Shown here piece after piece: positions 49,501 through 61,999 of a DNA stretch of 64,000 bases (the first letter of the stretch is position 1; each line of letters begins with the position of its first letter). Position numbers and translations under genes: made by a program. Where the stretch lies: the NCBI GenBank assembly GCA_036172245.1, contig JAYWIR010000021.1:2356001-2420000 (forward strand), read 5' to 3'. The notes beneath the pieces were generated by a model. It did not search any database. It worked only from the letters and a program-made list of their open reading frames with translations, and was not told where the DNA came from. Source of the stretch: Raillietiella orientalis. Its lineage: Eukaryota.

Positions 49501-50274
49501 TGCTCATCTCGCATTTCAGCGGATTCGCTCGAGTGAGTTCCACGGCGTTCTCTCGCGCGATTGTCCCTGCATCTACAGGCTGCTCTTTGATCCCCGAATT
49601 CCTGCAAACGACTTCCATGAATACGTGAAATCCTCCGAGTAACCTGGATGGGCTGCTGAAGTCTTCCCCCCAATTCCCGCTCTTTCTGCCTTCGTTCCTG
49701 GTCCTTGCATGCCCTAATGCCCTAATCTCCACAGCAGCATAATGATGACGGGAACATTGGCACACAACAACCCCTGCAATACTGTTAATGGAATTACAAT
49801 TCGAGGAATGAACTAATCACATTTATGGGGCCAACCGGTTCATCCATGGGCATGATAAAGGGTGATCGCGTTGGTTTTTCTCTCAGCAGAGCTGCAATCA
49901 AACACACTACATCATGTGCATGGGGTTTCAAGGATGGCGTCGCGAAGCCAAAGATGAGAGGCGCTTGCGCCAACCTCCCCGGTAGCCTTGAAGAGCGGCG
50001 TCGACAGCGTGCTCGAGCTCAACATCGCCGGAGTCGTGGCCCGTCGAACACGTCGAGGACGAGCGGGAGATGCTCGTCAAGAAGGCCTTCGACAAACTCC
50101 AAGAGAGACTTGGAACACTCCGTGAAGAGCGATAGGAAATGGAAGGCCTGTCCCCTCTCGGTAGAGGGGGACAGGGAGAAAAATCACGCTGCTAGTAGCG
50201 ATTCCATTTTCCGACGATGAAGACTCCATTTCTGCCAAGACACCATCCGGAGTTGCAGAGAGGATTGCTTTAGC

Positions 50275-50610
50275 TGTTCGCATCCTCAGTCACTGATCAT
50301 CGAGAGGCGCTGGAGACGGATAAAGAAAATGTACCACATCTCCGTGTCCCCCTCACTTCCGTGCGCCGTCCATAAACATGCTGAATCCGACATTATTTCC
50401 TTCCTCTCGGTTTCTGCAGTTTCCGGGATGTTCGCAGCAGGTACCGCTGCAGCCGCCATATCTGCGAAATGCTTTCAGCTGCGAAACCACCAGCGAATTC
50501 TTCCTCTCCGACTTCCTGCTGGACCACAGTTCGATCCCATGTCAGGGCATCAGATATAATGCCCTCTTCTATGTTGGTTCCCTTTTCCTGTGGGTGCTGT
50601 TGAGGGTCGT
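50275..50610. repeat. Unclassified dispersed repeat, copy 2 (direct repeat of 38120-38465)
   Basis: Direct sequence identity with 38120-38465 apart from small indels. Confidence 0.85.
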
Positions 50611-51299
50611 CGCTTGAGCAGCTTTGCTCAGCGATTGGCATTTGGCAGCCACCGTCCCAAACGCCCGAGTCAAGAAGAGACACGGACTCGCGCATGCTCG
50701 CGTCTGATTTCCGTTTTTTCTTTCATTCACCCCCCCCCCCCCCTTCCCGGTTTTTCCTTTGGACATGCCTTGAGGATCTGTCATGATTGCATGAATTCGA
50801 GGAGGAATGCCAATGGATTCCGACAACAAAATTGCCCTCGGCATGCAAACATTCTAGAACTTGTAAGGACATGGTAAAAGAAGTTTCAGACGCACGCATG
50901 ACTTTCCTGCAGGAAACGTTGGCATCTTTCCGCAGGATGCTTTGCTGGTTTCTCCTAACTGCTGGGAGATAAACTTTTCCCGACGTTCAGGAACAGCCAA
51001 TATCACCCGCTGCTCTTCCTACCAAAAACATAAATTTGAGAACGGCGCATCTCGAGGCATATTTCTCTCTTGATTGTTCGAGACGCGTCTTTTTCAGATG
51101 CACGGGAAGCAGGAGAAGAAGAAGAAGGGGGGGGGGGGAAGAAAGTGCAGCAATCTTTCTGGAAGACGCTAGATGCCTACGTTTTCGTTTTCTTCTTCGA
51201 AGGAGCTTGGAAGGAGATTCATGCCCTGTGACATCAGCAAATCGCTATTGACTGTTCCTGAAGGCATCAGCTGATTCCCCCCTCGTGCGGCTCCGTTCC

Positions 51300-53900
51300 T
51301 CGGTGGCTGGGGAATGCAGGTGCGCGGATTTTACCGTGCCGGATTCTTCCGTACCAGGGAACTTGGCATTATTTCCGTATTCCCTGCCTCGTTCATGGTG
51401 CCTGTTCTAGATAATGGAGTCGACCGAAACAGCAGAACCGGAAAACATTCGTTCCAGGTCGTCGCAGCATCTGCTCGCGAGGGATTTGATTTGCTCGAAT
51501 CGGTTCCTCTCCATCCGATCGAGATTCGTTTCGCGGGCCTTCCAGGCGAGCAGCCGAGCCGGCTGCGTTTCCTTGCAGGAAGCCCCCGGGGTTTCGGCAA
51601 CCGAGCTGTGGCGCACTTCCGGCTGCTGTGGTGCTCGCGGCTGCCGCCACGGATTCATCCTCAACGTGAGGGACTCGACTTCGGAATCCGAAGATGTTTG
51701 TGAGCTTCCTGTTTGATTCTCTGGATACCCACAGCGTCCATCTCCTTCCAAGAGACTTCCGCTCGTTCCCGGCCTCCTGCGCATCTCCGAGCCGGGCAAG
51801 TTAAGCCCCACTTTCCCTTCAAGCTGGGTTTCCTCGAGATCGAGAAACCAGGAAAACCAGGAAAACAAAATGCTCTTCTTGCGCTTCCCGGTTCCCAGCG
51901 AAGCTAAAACCTGGGAACCAGTGATGGGGAGGGCACCCCAGAAGCTTGCATGATCCCTGGCAGCGAAGACTTTTAGGAGAGCACGGTTCAGCTGGATTCA
52001 CAGAATTTCTGTGTCAGCGTCTTGCCCCAAATGGAAGAGACTGACAAATGGAGGGTTTCTTCGGGATGTAACACTCGGTGTGTGTCGGTATCGGTGTTGG
52101 CGTTCTCCGATGATTACCGCGCCAGATGTACCACGAACTAAGTTAAGGGTGATCCGACAGAGCGTCCTCAAGGTTATCTTGTGCTGTTCGTTGATTGCGC
52201 GGCCGGCATGAGACGCCCAAACGGGGTAAAAAGCAAGTGGCAAGGCATGCGACTCTGCAAGGCTTCCGCGGGTCACCTACTCATAACCCAGGACGCCTCT
52301 CATCTCTCCGTCGCTGCCCAAAGAACGAGGCGTTCTCGAGACTCGGGAAACCTTGGAGACGCTAGGAAAAGCAAGAAGGAGGGAAGGACGATAATGTGCT
52401 GCAGGAGACGCCGATCGGCTTGAAGGAATCGAGAGGCATCAGCTGGCTAACTGGGATCCTGTGATGGAATCGGAGGGAGGTAGCTGGGCACCCCTGTGGT
52501 TTCGTGAACTGACCTATTGGCTCGGGTCACGATTAGCGTAGTCATTGCGAGAAGTCGGAACGTACCGTTGGCAATGGCGCGCTTCGTTACATTGCCAGCT
52601 TATCGCTCAAGGGTTGATGTGTGGTCCACTTGTAATTTGATGAGTCGGTGGTTGTTGAGGGGCACAAGGACAGAGTCGCCAAGGTGTACTCAGTGAGAGC
52701 TCGGGTGGCTGCTGGCGTGATAGAAGAATTCTTGCATATCGAACAGATTGATTATAAGTGATTACAGCTCATTCTTCGGTCCCATTCAGAACGTGCTCGC
52801 TGCCGGAAGACACGTAAGCGGAAAGTCTGCAGTGAGTCTATGGGGGCTCATGGACTCGTCGTGCCCTTTCCTGTTTGCTTTCCTTGGGTGGGTGAGGAGT
52901 CGATCTACGTACTGTATGGGTGGATTAAGCTAGGAAGGCTCCATTTCCGAAAGCAAAACAAGCAAACCTTATTCCCTACAAAACCCATGCGCTTTCTGAA
53001 GGGAGCAAGACAAGCTGTCACTGTCCTGCCCGCTGGTGGCGAGTGGCGCAGTCTGCCCCAAGAGAGAGTTCGTGCTTTTCTTCCGCTGGCAACGACTGAG
53101 CGAGCAGCGGAATGCTAGGTGAGCGAAATGCGGATTCCCCACGACATAATCATTGCTCAGAGATGACGAGATTCCGGAGGAGGGCATAAATTGCTGACCG
53201 GGTACCCGAAATGTGGCAAAACAGGTCTGCACAAGCAGCCATTTCGCTAAATACTTACGCATCCGGGAAGGCCTCTCGTGCTTCCAGTGCCCACTCTCCA
53301 TGAAGCGAAGGACCTTTCCTGCCATTACATTTCAAAATGATCCTCCCTAGCCATGAATCACAGAAGTCAAGAGGAAGAGCGCCAACACTGCGCCATGCAT
53401 GAGTCCTAGGGTGCAGGGAATGTGAACGCCACAAGCAGATGATGACGAGCCCAGAGGGTTGCTGAAAATGTGTTGGCAATGAATTTTCGGAAGCTGCTGA
53501 TGCTTTCAGTGTACCAGAATTGTATGTGAGTATCCATCTACATCTTTAGTCCTCGATGGGAAGAGATGCTAGGAGTAGCCACCAGCAACCGCTCAATGTT
53601 CTTATATGATTAACTGCTTTCGCGACTGGATTGGAGAAGATCGATACGGCATATCTTGTGAGATCACTGCGGGGATCGAGGCTGAGGTGGTTTCGCATGG
53701 GAGGTGCTCCAGAGCAAAGATCTGGTGGTTATTTGGGAAACAAATCAGCCACCGGGAAGCCCGAAAAAAACTTCAAAGACTCCTGGAGAATGCCCCGTGC
53801 ACACTATGAGAGACTGGGAATCACGCTTTCAATTCCTTACGTCTCTCCTGTGGTACGCAACTCATCTTCACCCGCAAGGATTTGCCGCAAAAGAGATACA
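51300..53900 (-). mobile_element. Decayed LINE ORF2 (RT thumb to C-terminus)
   Basis: Minus-strand ILKCNGRK and RKYLAKWL (ORFs 53255..53479, 52969..53325), RITLNLVRGTSGAVIIGE (~52130), LLAWKAR (~51540). Confidence 0.45.
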
Positions 53901-55004
53901 CATGGAAGTCCTCCTCCCAGGAAGACTTTCATCTTCCTCCCCTCCTTTCTCCTGGACTCTGGGCACTTAGCCCTGCGTTAGTCAGCTCGTTGTGGGTCAC
54001 GCTGCGTCGGCAGAACAAAGAATTTCGAAACAGGAAGTTCCTGCCCCGTTCCGTATGCCATGTACGCATTTCGGTTACACACGTGAGTCGATCACCGCAA
54101 GCGTAACACTCTTGTCTACGCACGAGGGAAGTTTTGAGAGAAACCGCTGCGCAGTGCATCTCCTCGGGACGTCTACGCGAGTCAGGAAAAAAACTCGCAG
54201 AGCCCTTGGCGGCTAGCGGAACCTCCGCAGGGCTCGAAAGGGAACCCGCACCAAGCGCGGGCTGGGCTGCTGAAGAAATTTATCGAACTCTTGCGCCAGA
54301 ACTGGCACCCTCTATGCTTGCCTTCTTTAGATCAGCCGAGGTTCGACCCCAGCTCGGAAAGCGGGAACCCGCGCTGACTGAGAAGCTGGACTCTCGTCAG
54401 GCTGGGAAACACGAGCCATCCCCTGCTTTCCAAGATGTGAAGCACGACAGCGGACCCAGAGGCACACTTCACAGTCGGTCGGGAACATATTGCCTCCTTA
54501 ATTCGAGTACAAACCTTCCCTGCTCCCGCAGAGGTTCAGGCTCCGTGGAGAAAATCCCAAGGCCGAAAGAGGCAGGGATGGGGGATACCGAAGAACGGCT
54601 GTCCCAGTCGTCCCTTTAGAGCTTGCGACTGCTGGTCCAATCCAAGCTGCTGGAATGGCTTGGCGTTTCAGGCAGCCTCCTTAGCTACCTGTGCTAGCCA
54701 TGCCTCAAAGTGTCAGCGCGTCTATTTTCAAGAGAGGTCTGCTCAACCTGAGGCGTTAAGCTCAGACGGGCGACGGGTCGTGGCGACTTCTGGTCCGTCA
54801 CTCTTTCGCCTGCTCTTTGAACTCGCGCTGAATTTACGCTGCACCGACACATACTCCGCCCCTTCTAACGGCTCCGATGGCACGACCGAAGTGACGGACC
54901 ACGCCGAAGCATTCTTCTTCTACTGTGTGCAGTGACCCCGAGCAATCCACACTCAAACAGTACTCAACACCCGTTCGCCTAGGGGCCCACGGAGCTCTTT
55001 CAGC

Positions 55005-55395
55005 GCCGTTCGCACCACCCAGGGGTGTGTGTATGACTCTTCAAGAGTCGGGAAGCGCCAGGGAGAGGCCCATTCTATGAATCCAGGGAGGCTCGGGAGG
55101 AAAGAGTGCGTTTCTCTCACGCTTCGGAGAGAACCACGAAGGGAACCTCCGTCCTCTTCCTTTCCGGAAGGATTATCCAGAGGGGGTTACTCCTCGCTTC
55201 TTCTCCGTAGAGAACCCGGAAAGAATCCGTTCCTGGAATTTCTTCTCCGGAGGGAAACCGCAAAGGAACCGCTCCTGGTTCTCTCCTCTGGAGAGAATCC
55301 CGAAGACATGGTTTCCATTTTCTCTAAAGAACGTTCCCCGAAGATATCAGCGCACTTTTTCCACTCTGGGAAGGGAAACTCCCGAGGAGGTATCG
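55005..55395 (-). mobile_element. tRNA-derived SINE family A, copy 5 (3' half)
   Basis: CCCATTCTATGAATCCAG and repeated CTCCGGAGGGAA/GAACCCGGAAAG units match copy 1. Confidence 0.75.
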
Positions 55396-55399
55396 ACCA

Positions 55400-56350
55400 G
55401 CTCGATACGCGATGGCATGCCTGGCAGCCAACACCAGCAAATGGCAAGGTGGTGCGTGGAAAATCTAGCCTCCTTGCCCACGTTTCCATCGAACGTCTGG
55501 AGGAGAGCTCTGCCGGCTGGATGCCTGAAGATGCTCTCCTGCTTCCCACGTCAGGGATGTCAAGCGTCCTTGTGCGCATCGGTGGGAGGAGCAAAAGGTG
55601 GATACTGCTGCAGCACAGGCGATGTCCTGTCAGCTGAAGAAGAGGAAGGACGGAGGAGAGGAGGGTACCTCCAAGTTCATTGCGCGAAGGAAGACATGCC
55701 GGCTGCCCATCAAACCCATACCAAAGGATCGGGTCCCGGAGAACCGCAGAAGTGGACGGAGCTTCTTGGCCGCCTCTCTTTTCGGGCCAGGTGGGAAAGA
55801 GATGGATAATGACTGGATGAGAAAGTCGCGAGCTCGACCCTGCTGAGGCTCAAGGAAGGCCACGTGACTTGAAGTTTTACTTTTCATGCATGGGTTCGCA
55901 AGCCCAGGCATTCCAGAAGAAACTCTGGAAGCACGAGGGGCAATGAACGTCTCTGCTGGTCCTGTTGCCAACAACAACGTCTCTGCTCAGGTTGCCGACA
56001 TCCCTGACCTCTTCACCGGCGATAGGTAGTCCCTACTGGATCGCAAACTAGAAGGAATAGGAGAATCCCTCAGCCACCTCTTTGGATCTCTGCCTGGGTT
56101 CTCCAGGAAGCGTGCGTGCCGAGGTCCTCGCACGCTTCTTGTGGATTCGAAGCTGGCGCTTCCATCCTTGGGAAGAGAACGAGAAAGCAGCAGCATAGCC
56201 GACTGACTTCTGGCCTTCGTCCGGAGTAGCAATAGGTTTTCCCGTGGAATTTGAATCGCAGGACTCAGGGTTCTCCGAAATTTGAGCGAAGAACAGGATG
56301 GCGTCGCGCACGCAACGGATGCTGGAGCGTCGGTCCACCGATTCCCCCCA
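55400..56350 (-). mobile_element. Probable decayed LINE RT fragment
   Basis: Weak minus-strand F.ADD.A-like remnant near 55620-55640. Confidence 0.3.
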
Positions 56351-56434
56351 GCGCATGGTCTACGGGTCTTTGTGTGGCTCCCACTGAGTTCCCAAACTTC
56401 CTTGCCTTGGTAGGACCAGAAAAATGCAATTCTA

Positions 56435-56760
56435 CAAACTCAAGAATACTACACAATCATCAAACTTAATGGTAAAAGACTTCATCATTGATAAATTTGC
56501 AATTTACCGCTTTCCTCAGCCATTTTACTCTACCCAACATCTCCTTAAAGATTATAATTTAAATAAACTACTAACGTTCAAAGTTAGAAATATAAAATCT
56601 GATTGGTTTCTATCTTTGAATAATGGTGGGTTTTCTTAGTACGAAAGGATTGGAAAGCTGAAATATTTTTCAATTAAGGAAGAATTGTAAATGTATTGAT
56701 GGTTGTTCAAGGAGGATTATAGAATATTAGTGATGCTATTATGTGATATTTGTGATTTTG
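56435..56760. repeat. AT-rich element with degenerate long inverted arms (MITE/fold-back-like)
   Basis: Left arm CAAACTCAAGAATACTACACAATCATCAAACTTAAT aligns with the reverse complement of the right end, CAAAATCACAAATATCACATAATAGCATCACTAAT; inner ATAAATTTGCAATT matches ATACATTTACAATT. Confidence 0.55.
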
Positions 56761-57349
56761 GTTGAGCGCAAGATTGGTGGAATATAACGGCTTTTTGAGG
56801 AAGGGGAGATGCATACAACTGTCCAGGGTCGGAAAATCTCCAGAAAGCCAACTCGCTCCTCCTCCCTATCGTAGACAGTCCTCCCTAAAAGCATTTGAAA
56901 AGACTCCTCTAACCTCCGTCCGCTCAGAATCAAAGGCGCCTAGGAATTTTCCAGCTACCCATGCAAGACTTCTCTTTCCCAACTTCTTTCTCCTTTCCTT
57001 CTCCTCCTATTTCTGGGAAAAGAAGCTGACGAAGTGTGAGCCAAAAAGAAGACGGGAAATCCCTTCTCTGCTTTTCTGGAAGTCCAGCGTTGGTTCCTGG
57101 AGAAAACATTAGCGTTTCCAGGGCTCCCAGTGAGGGAGCAGGTGAGTTTGTATGCCTAGCGGCATTGGGGAAGAGGGAGAGCAAAAGAAGGGATCTCCAG
57201 AGGCTCTACGCGAGGTTTCCGGTGAAAAGACGTGATGCCGCCATGCTTCCTGGATGTGTCGATTGTTTTTGTTCTGAATTTTGTCCTCTCGTGCGCCACC
57301 CAAAACGTCAAAGGTCATATAGCTTTAGCGCTTAAATTGCCCCTTCTTC

Positions 57350-60300
57350 TCACCCCACAAAAGGAGCACACCTGCTCTGGAGCCCCGGTAAGCTCCTCCT
57401 AACTCTCAGCGAAGGTCCCTCATTCTCCCGTTCCCTTCGTCTCTGTGCACCGTTGCTAAACTCCTGGTACACTCCCTGAGCATCTCTTGAAGGCTGCAAG
57501 GCCCCTGAGGATATCGTGACCTTCCGCGACGGAAGCAGCAGTCGCCGTGTTCCAGCATCACTGCTGCACTCCCCCTGTCTGCCACTCTTCCACCCCTGAG
57601 ACGCTTCCGTCCTGTGCTCTCGCTTTATCACCTTACTCCTCATGGCGAGAGACTCCAGGGGGGGGGGGGGGGCATTTTAGCTCGGAGTGTAGTCTCGGGA
57701 GCTAGAAGCAAAGGGTTTTAAGTTCGGGATGCTCGTTGGCAAGAAGAGGACTCAAGGACCGGTTTCCCGGCGTAGATACCTACAGAAGGGAAAGAAAAGA
57801 GCAGCCGCTTCAAATGTGAACGGAATTCCTTCCTCTGTCCCTATGATGTGCTTGCAGCTCCTTGCCGGAAGCTGACTCGTTCCTCCTTGCCAGTGAAACC
57901 TCGTTGGGGGCGTTGCGAGCATCACCGTAGCACATCCCTGGGAGATACAGAACGAGAATACGCAGGATTTGTGCGTGCTGAACCCGGAAGCGATGAACAC
58001 AGAACCCCCAGGAGCTCGCATGCCTCTCATGGGGTGGGAGAACGGGAAGGAAAAAGCGCGGGTGGTGGCGGTTACGAGGTTAAAGAAGAATAGGTGCTCC
58101 GGGAAAGCGGTGCCATCTGGAGGAGGTGCTGGAAGAGGATCACGGGAAGCACCTCCTGGACTGCTGCCGAAGGTTCTGGGAGGAGATGGACTGCGAGGAA
58201 ATCGAGAGTGAACAAAGCATTTCCACTTGCCCGGGTGCTATCCCTTGGTGCCTCAGAGAGAAAGGCAGAATTTCGGCAGACCTCTCGATCAGGAAAAGGC
58301 GCTTCTAAATGCTCTTTTCAGCGACTTCTCCAAGTAACTAGCCGAAAGAAGCTAGAGGAAGGTCTCCGTGGTAACCCATGTGACTGTGGGTGAAAACGTA
58401 AATGATTCAGCTTTATCCTTGTAGGAAGAGGAGGTCCGGAAAGGGGTCGTATAATATCCCTTTCTCTTCCGGGATGATACGTTCCTCGGACAGAGGTCTC
58501 CGCTCCACACAGACTCTTCCCGTCGCGTCCTTATCCGTCTGGACCTCTTCGGCGCGGTTCGAGGACGCCGAGAATCGGTGCGCGCCCTCATGAAGCTCTT
58601 GCTCGACATCCCCCTCATCCGACAAGCACGCACTAGAGAAGGAAAATAGGGAATGAGGAAGAGACGGGAGAAGAGAAAGGGTTCAGATCTCAGAAGGGAA
58701 GGAAGGACGTCAGCCGCGATTTCAGAACGGAGTAGTAAGCTGGAACCTTAACGACCAGAATCTCTCAAGGGACTGCCTTTCCGCTCCTTGCATCGCTTGA
58801 GGGATCTTCCGGAAAGGAGAGGGAACGGCAGAAGAAGCAGTGCCGGAGAAGGGCATCATTGAAGGAAGAGGACAAAAAAGAGAAGAATTATAAAAAGGCA
58901 GGAGGTGGAAGGAGGGAGAGAGGGAAAGCGAAGAGGAACTAAGAAAGAAGAAACGGAGTAGTGGTTGATCTTGATTGCATTCTCGAGCAGAACATGTGCC
59001 TTGTCATCGTTTCGCTCATTGGCCTTTGTCGCGCCAAGACCCCCCCTCATCCGGACGGTCGTCCCCCAAGCCGCTTTGGACCTCCGAGCTCGGTCACAAT
59101 GCAAGATGACCGAGCCAGCACCCCCTCGTTCGGATGCCCCCTTCTCTCCAAGGATTTCCTTTGACTTTCTTGAGTCTGCGATCGTGGGCGCCCCCCGCCG
59201 GCCGCTTTCTTATGGGATGGAGTCGCCCATCCGCATCGCAGACTCCTCCTCCCAGACGGCCGGGCGCACGCACCAATTCCCTGACCGATTCACTCTCTCT
59301 GGGAAGGTGAGCTGGATAGGACGAGCTAGGGGAGGATGGCTGCTGGCCTCCTCCTGTCCCGGAACGATCCCTCCCTAAGATCGAGCGGGATGCTCTCGAG
59401 AAACGAGAAACTTTGTGGCTCCCGATGCATCTCGTCTTAAGAAGGAATGCTGTCTCGAGGGAACACTGAGGAGCACGAGAGACCCATCTGCCTAGCTGCT
59501 TCCCTTCCCCCTCCCGAGTTGTCTCTCATGGTCCGGAGTTCGGCTTCCCAGAAACTCCATAGAGAGTGTAGCTCTCCGAGGGCTCGCTTTGTCCCCTGAC
59601 GCTTACTGTCAGCAAATCCCAAAAAGAGGATGGGCGGAGGGAAGTCAGAAGAAAGGCTGAGATGGCCTCTGAGAAGCTCCAGTGGAAACCTCTTGCGTTC
59701 TGCCCTTCCTATCCCGTTTTACTGGCTTCCATTTATGCTCTCTCCTGAACCTCAGCCGCCTCCTGCGCCTCCCCTTTCACTTCCCCCATCGGGCGGTGCC
59801 GGAGCCGAGTGGGGGAGTCGCCGGACAGGTGCCTTTTGAAATGGGGCCATTCCTGAGCTCCCATAGCTTCCTGCTTTCCGGGAATTTCCCATTCTCTACG
59901 AGAACAGTCCGTGGCGTCATGCCCATAGGGAGACGCAGCTTCAGACCAGATATGACATTATTTCTGCTCTGCGATTTTTCCCAACATCCAGGCGTTCTCC
60001 TTCCGTTCCACAGCCCCACCCTATATACCTTTCGATGCCCTAAGGTACCTTATCCTGTAGGGCCCAGCACGTTGCATCTCTTCTTGCGTCTGAGCGGGAA
60101 GGAAAGGAGGAGAAGAAAGCAGTTCACAGCTCCCGGAGGCGACGGCGTTCCGGACTTCATCCAAGGCGCGCCGTTCCTTTCCAAGGAAGAAGGAATCGGG
60201 AAGACCATCCCTTCCTCCGGTGGGAGAGTGTTCGTTTTCCCCACTCCTTCCTGTCTCCTTCCTCAGTCCCGTGTTCCCCCAGATCGCCCTACCCCTCTGT

Positions 60301-60600
60301 ACCTTCCCGGAGGTCCCTGTCAGGAAATCATGCGCTCTGCTCTTCGACTGGATTTCCACGCTGGAGTCTTCCGCTCCTTCCTCCCTCTTCTGGGAAAGTG
60401 GATAGCGGCGTTGCGCAAGGAACTCTCCTGAGAGGGAGCCCCGTGAGGAGGCGGCCGTCCTCCGCCGTCCTCTTCGCGGAGCGGTCCATCCCCTTGGCAG
60501 TGGGTTGCCGCTGCTCCTCTCCGATCCCTTCCTTTCCAACCACGCTTTCGCTCCCCCTTTCACTTGCGGCCCTTGGAGGCGTGGAGAAGCTGCGGGGGAA
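57350..60600 (-). mobile_element. Decayed LINE 5' half (probable ORF1 and endonuclease)
   Basis: Minus-strand PFPDLLFLQG (D..FLQE-like; ORF 58413..58625) downstream of an ORF1-like region (EEMQRAGPYRIRYL). Confidence 0.5.
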
Positions 60601-61999
60601 GTTGTGAGGAGCTGCGCCTTTTCCTTGCGATGATTACTCATGGCGATGCCTGAAACTCGTTTCTGGGAAAGGAGCCTGGGATGGAACAGACGGAGCGAGG
60701 GGGAGACGCCATCCCAACGCCGGACGCGCAGGTCCCAATGCGGCTTCCGTGCACGGTGCTCCGCTCCTGTCTCCGAGCGATTCGGACCCCCGGAAACCAG
60801 TCTTGCGACCCCATGGTGGGCCCCCTTCCACTCTACTCATTTATGGACCCTTTCTCCATGACCCTCCCCACCGTGAAAGCCTCCTGTCGGCCTCTCCCTT
60901 GCGGGAATACACGTGCTGGCACCTCTTCGTAAAGTTTTTGTGTGTTTATTGCAGACGAGCGGCCCGGCCGTCCGGGAGGAGGAGGCGATGTGCGTCTCAG
61001 GAGAACCTGAGTGACCAGGGGACTTCGCGGTCTTCCAAGGTCGTGTCTCAGAAACGCCGTTCTTCTGGTCACTGTCTTTGAAAGTGGAACGCGTTCCCTC
61101 GCCTTCCTGCACCCTGGAATCAGGAATCTGAATCCTCTTGTTCCTCTTGTTCTTCCAGATCATCCTCCTCCCTTCTTTTTGCCTCGTCTGTATGGGACGT
61201 GCTCTTCGAGATGGCTTCCCGGGTGCGTCCAGGAGGAGACCTGCAAAAGTCACCCGAAAGTGGTAGTGGGCGTTCCTCGTCCGCGCTTCTGGATATCCGT
61301 GTTTGGAGGGAGGGGAGGGAGGAAAAGCACGGGGAAAGGGGAAATTCGAGGGACTTGAGTTGCAGTTTTGAAGGCGGCTGGCGGCGGGGTTCCCGGGGAG
61401 CGGTGAGAAATCGTGAGGATGCTGGGATTCTCTGCTTCTGCTCTGCAGATGGAGCGCGCCCATTCACTGCCTCAGGCTAAGTTCCCGGCACCACGCTGCT
61501 GCAGCCACCTTCCACCTCACGCCTTCCCAACCGTCACAAGGAGAGGAGGGGACGGGACTTCCTGCACCGCTTGCCTCCCACCCTTTGGGAGAGGTCCTGG
61601 ATCCTGCGAGGGCACGTCGCCGGCTGCCTGCTGCTGTTCCCGCGGAAAACACCCTGAGGAGAATGTCGTCATGGATCCTCTGCTTGAGCATCCCCACGGA
61701 GACTGTCTCCCCCAGGCAATGCCAGAGCGCAAGCGACTGTTTCCGGATGACGGCCGTGTCTTTTCCTCCGGTTTTTATTTCCGCTTCCGGTCTCTTCCTC
61801 GCCAGGTTTCAGTGAAGCCAGTGTGTGTGAGCGTAGGGTCTGGCCAAGCTAGAAGCCGTCATGGACATCAGGATCGTCGTAACAGATCGAGGACTGGAGC
61901 AGTACGAGACGTCTCTGAGGATGGCCTGAGGCTGGTCACCTGAGGAGCAGGAAAGCCGAGATTCAGCTCAAACGTCAGAACGCATCCCTTCCCTCGTCC

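Noticed and set aside
9565..55395. Repeat family A interpreted as LTRs or a CRISPR-like array
   Set aside because: Copies occur in both orientations, lack TG...CA ends and enclosed gag-pol, carry Pol III boxes, and the sub-repeats have no unique spacers; the DNA is eukaryotic.
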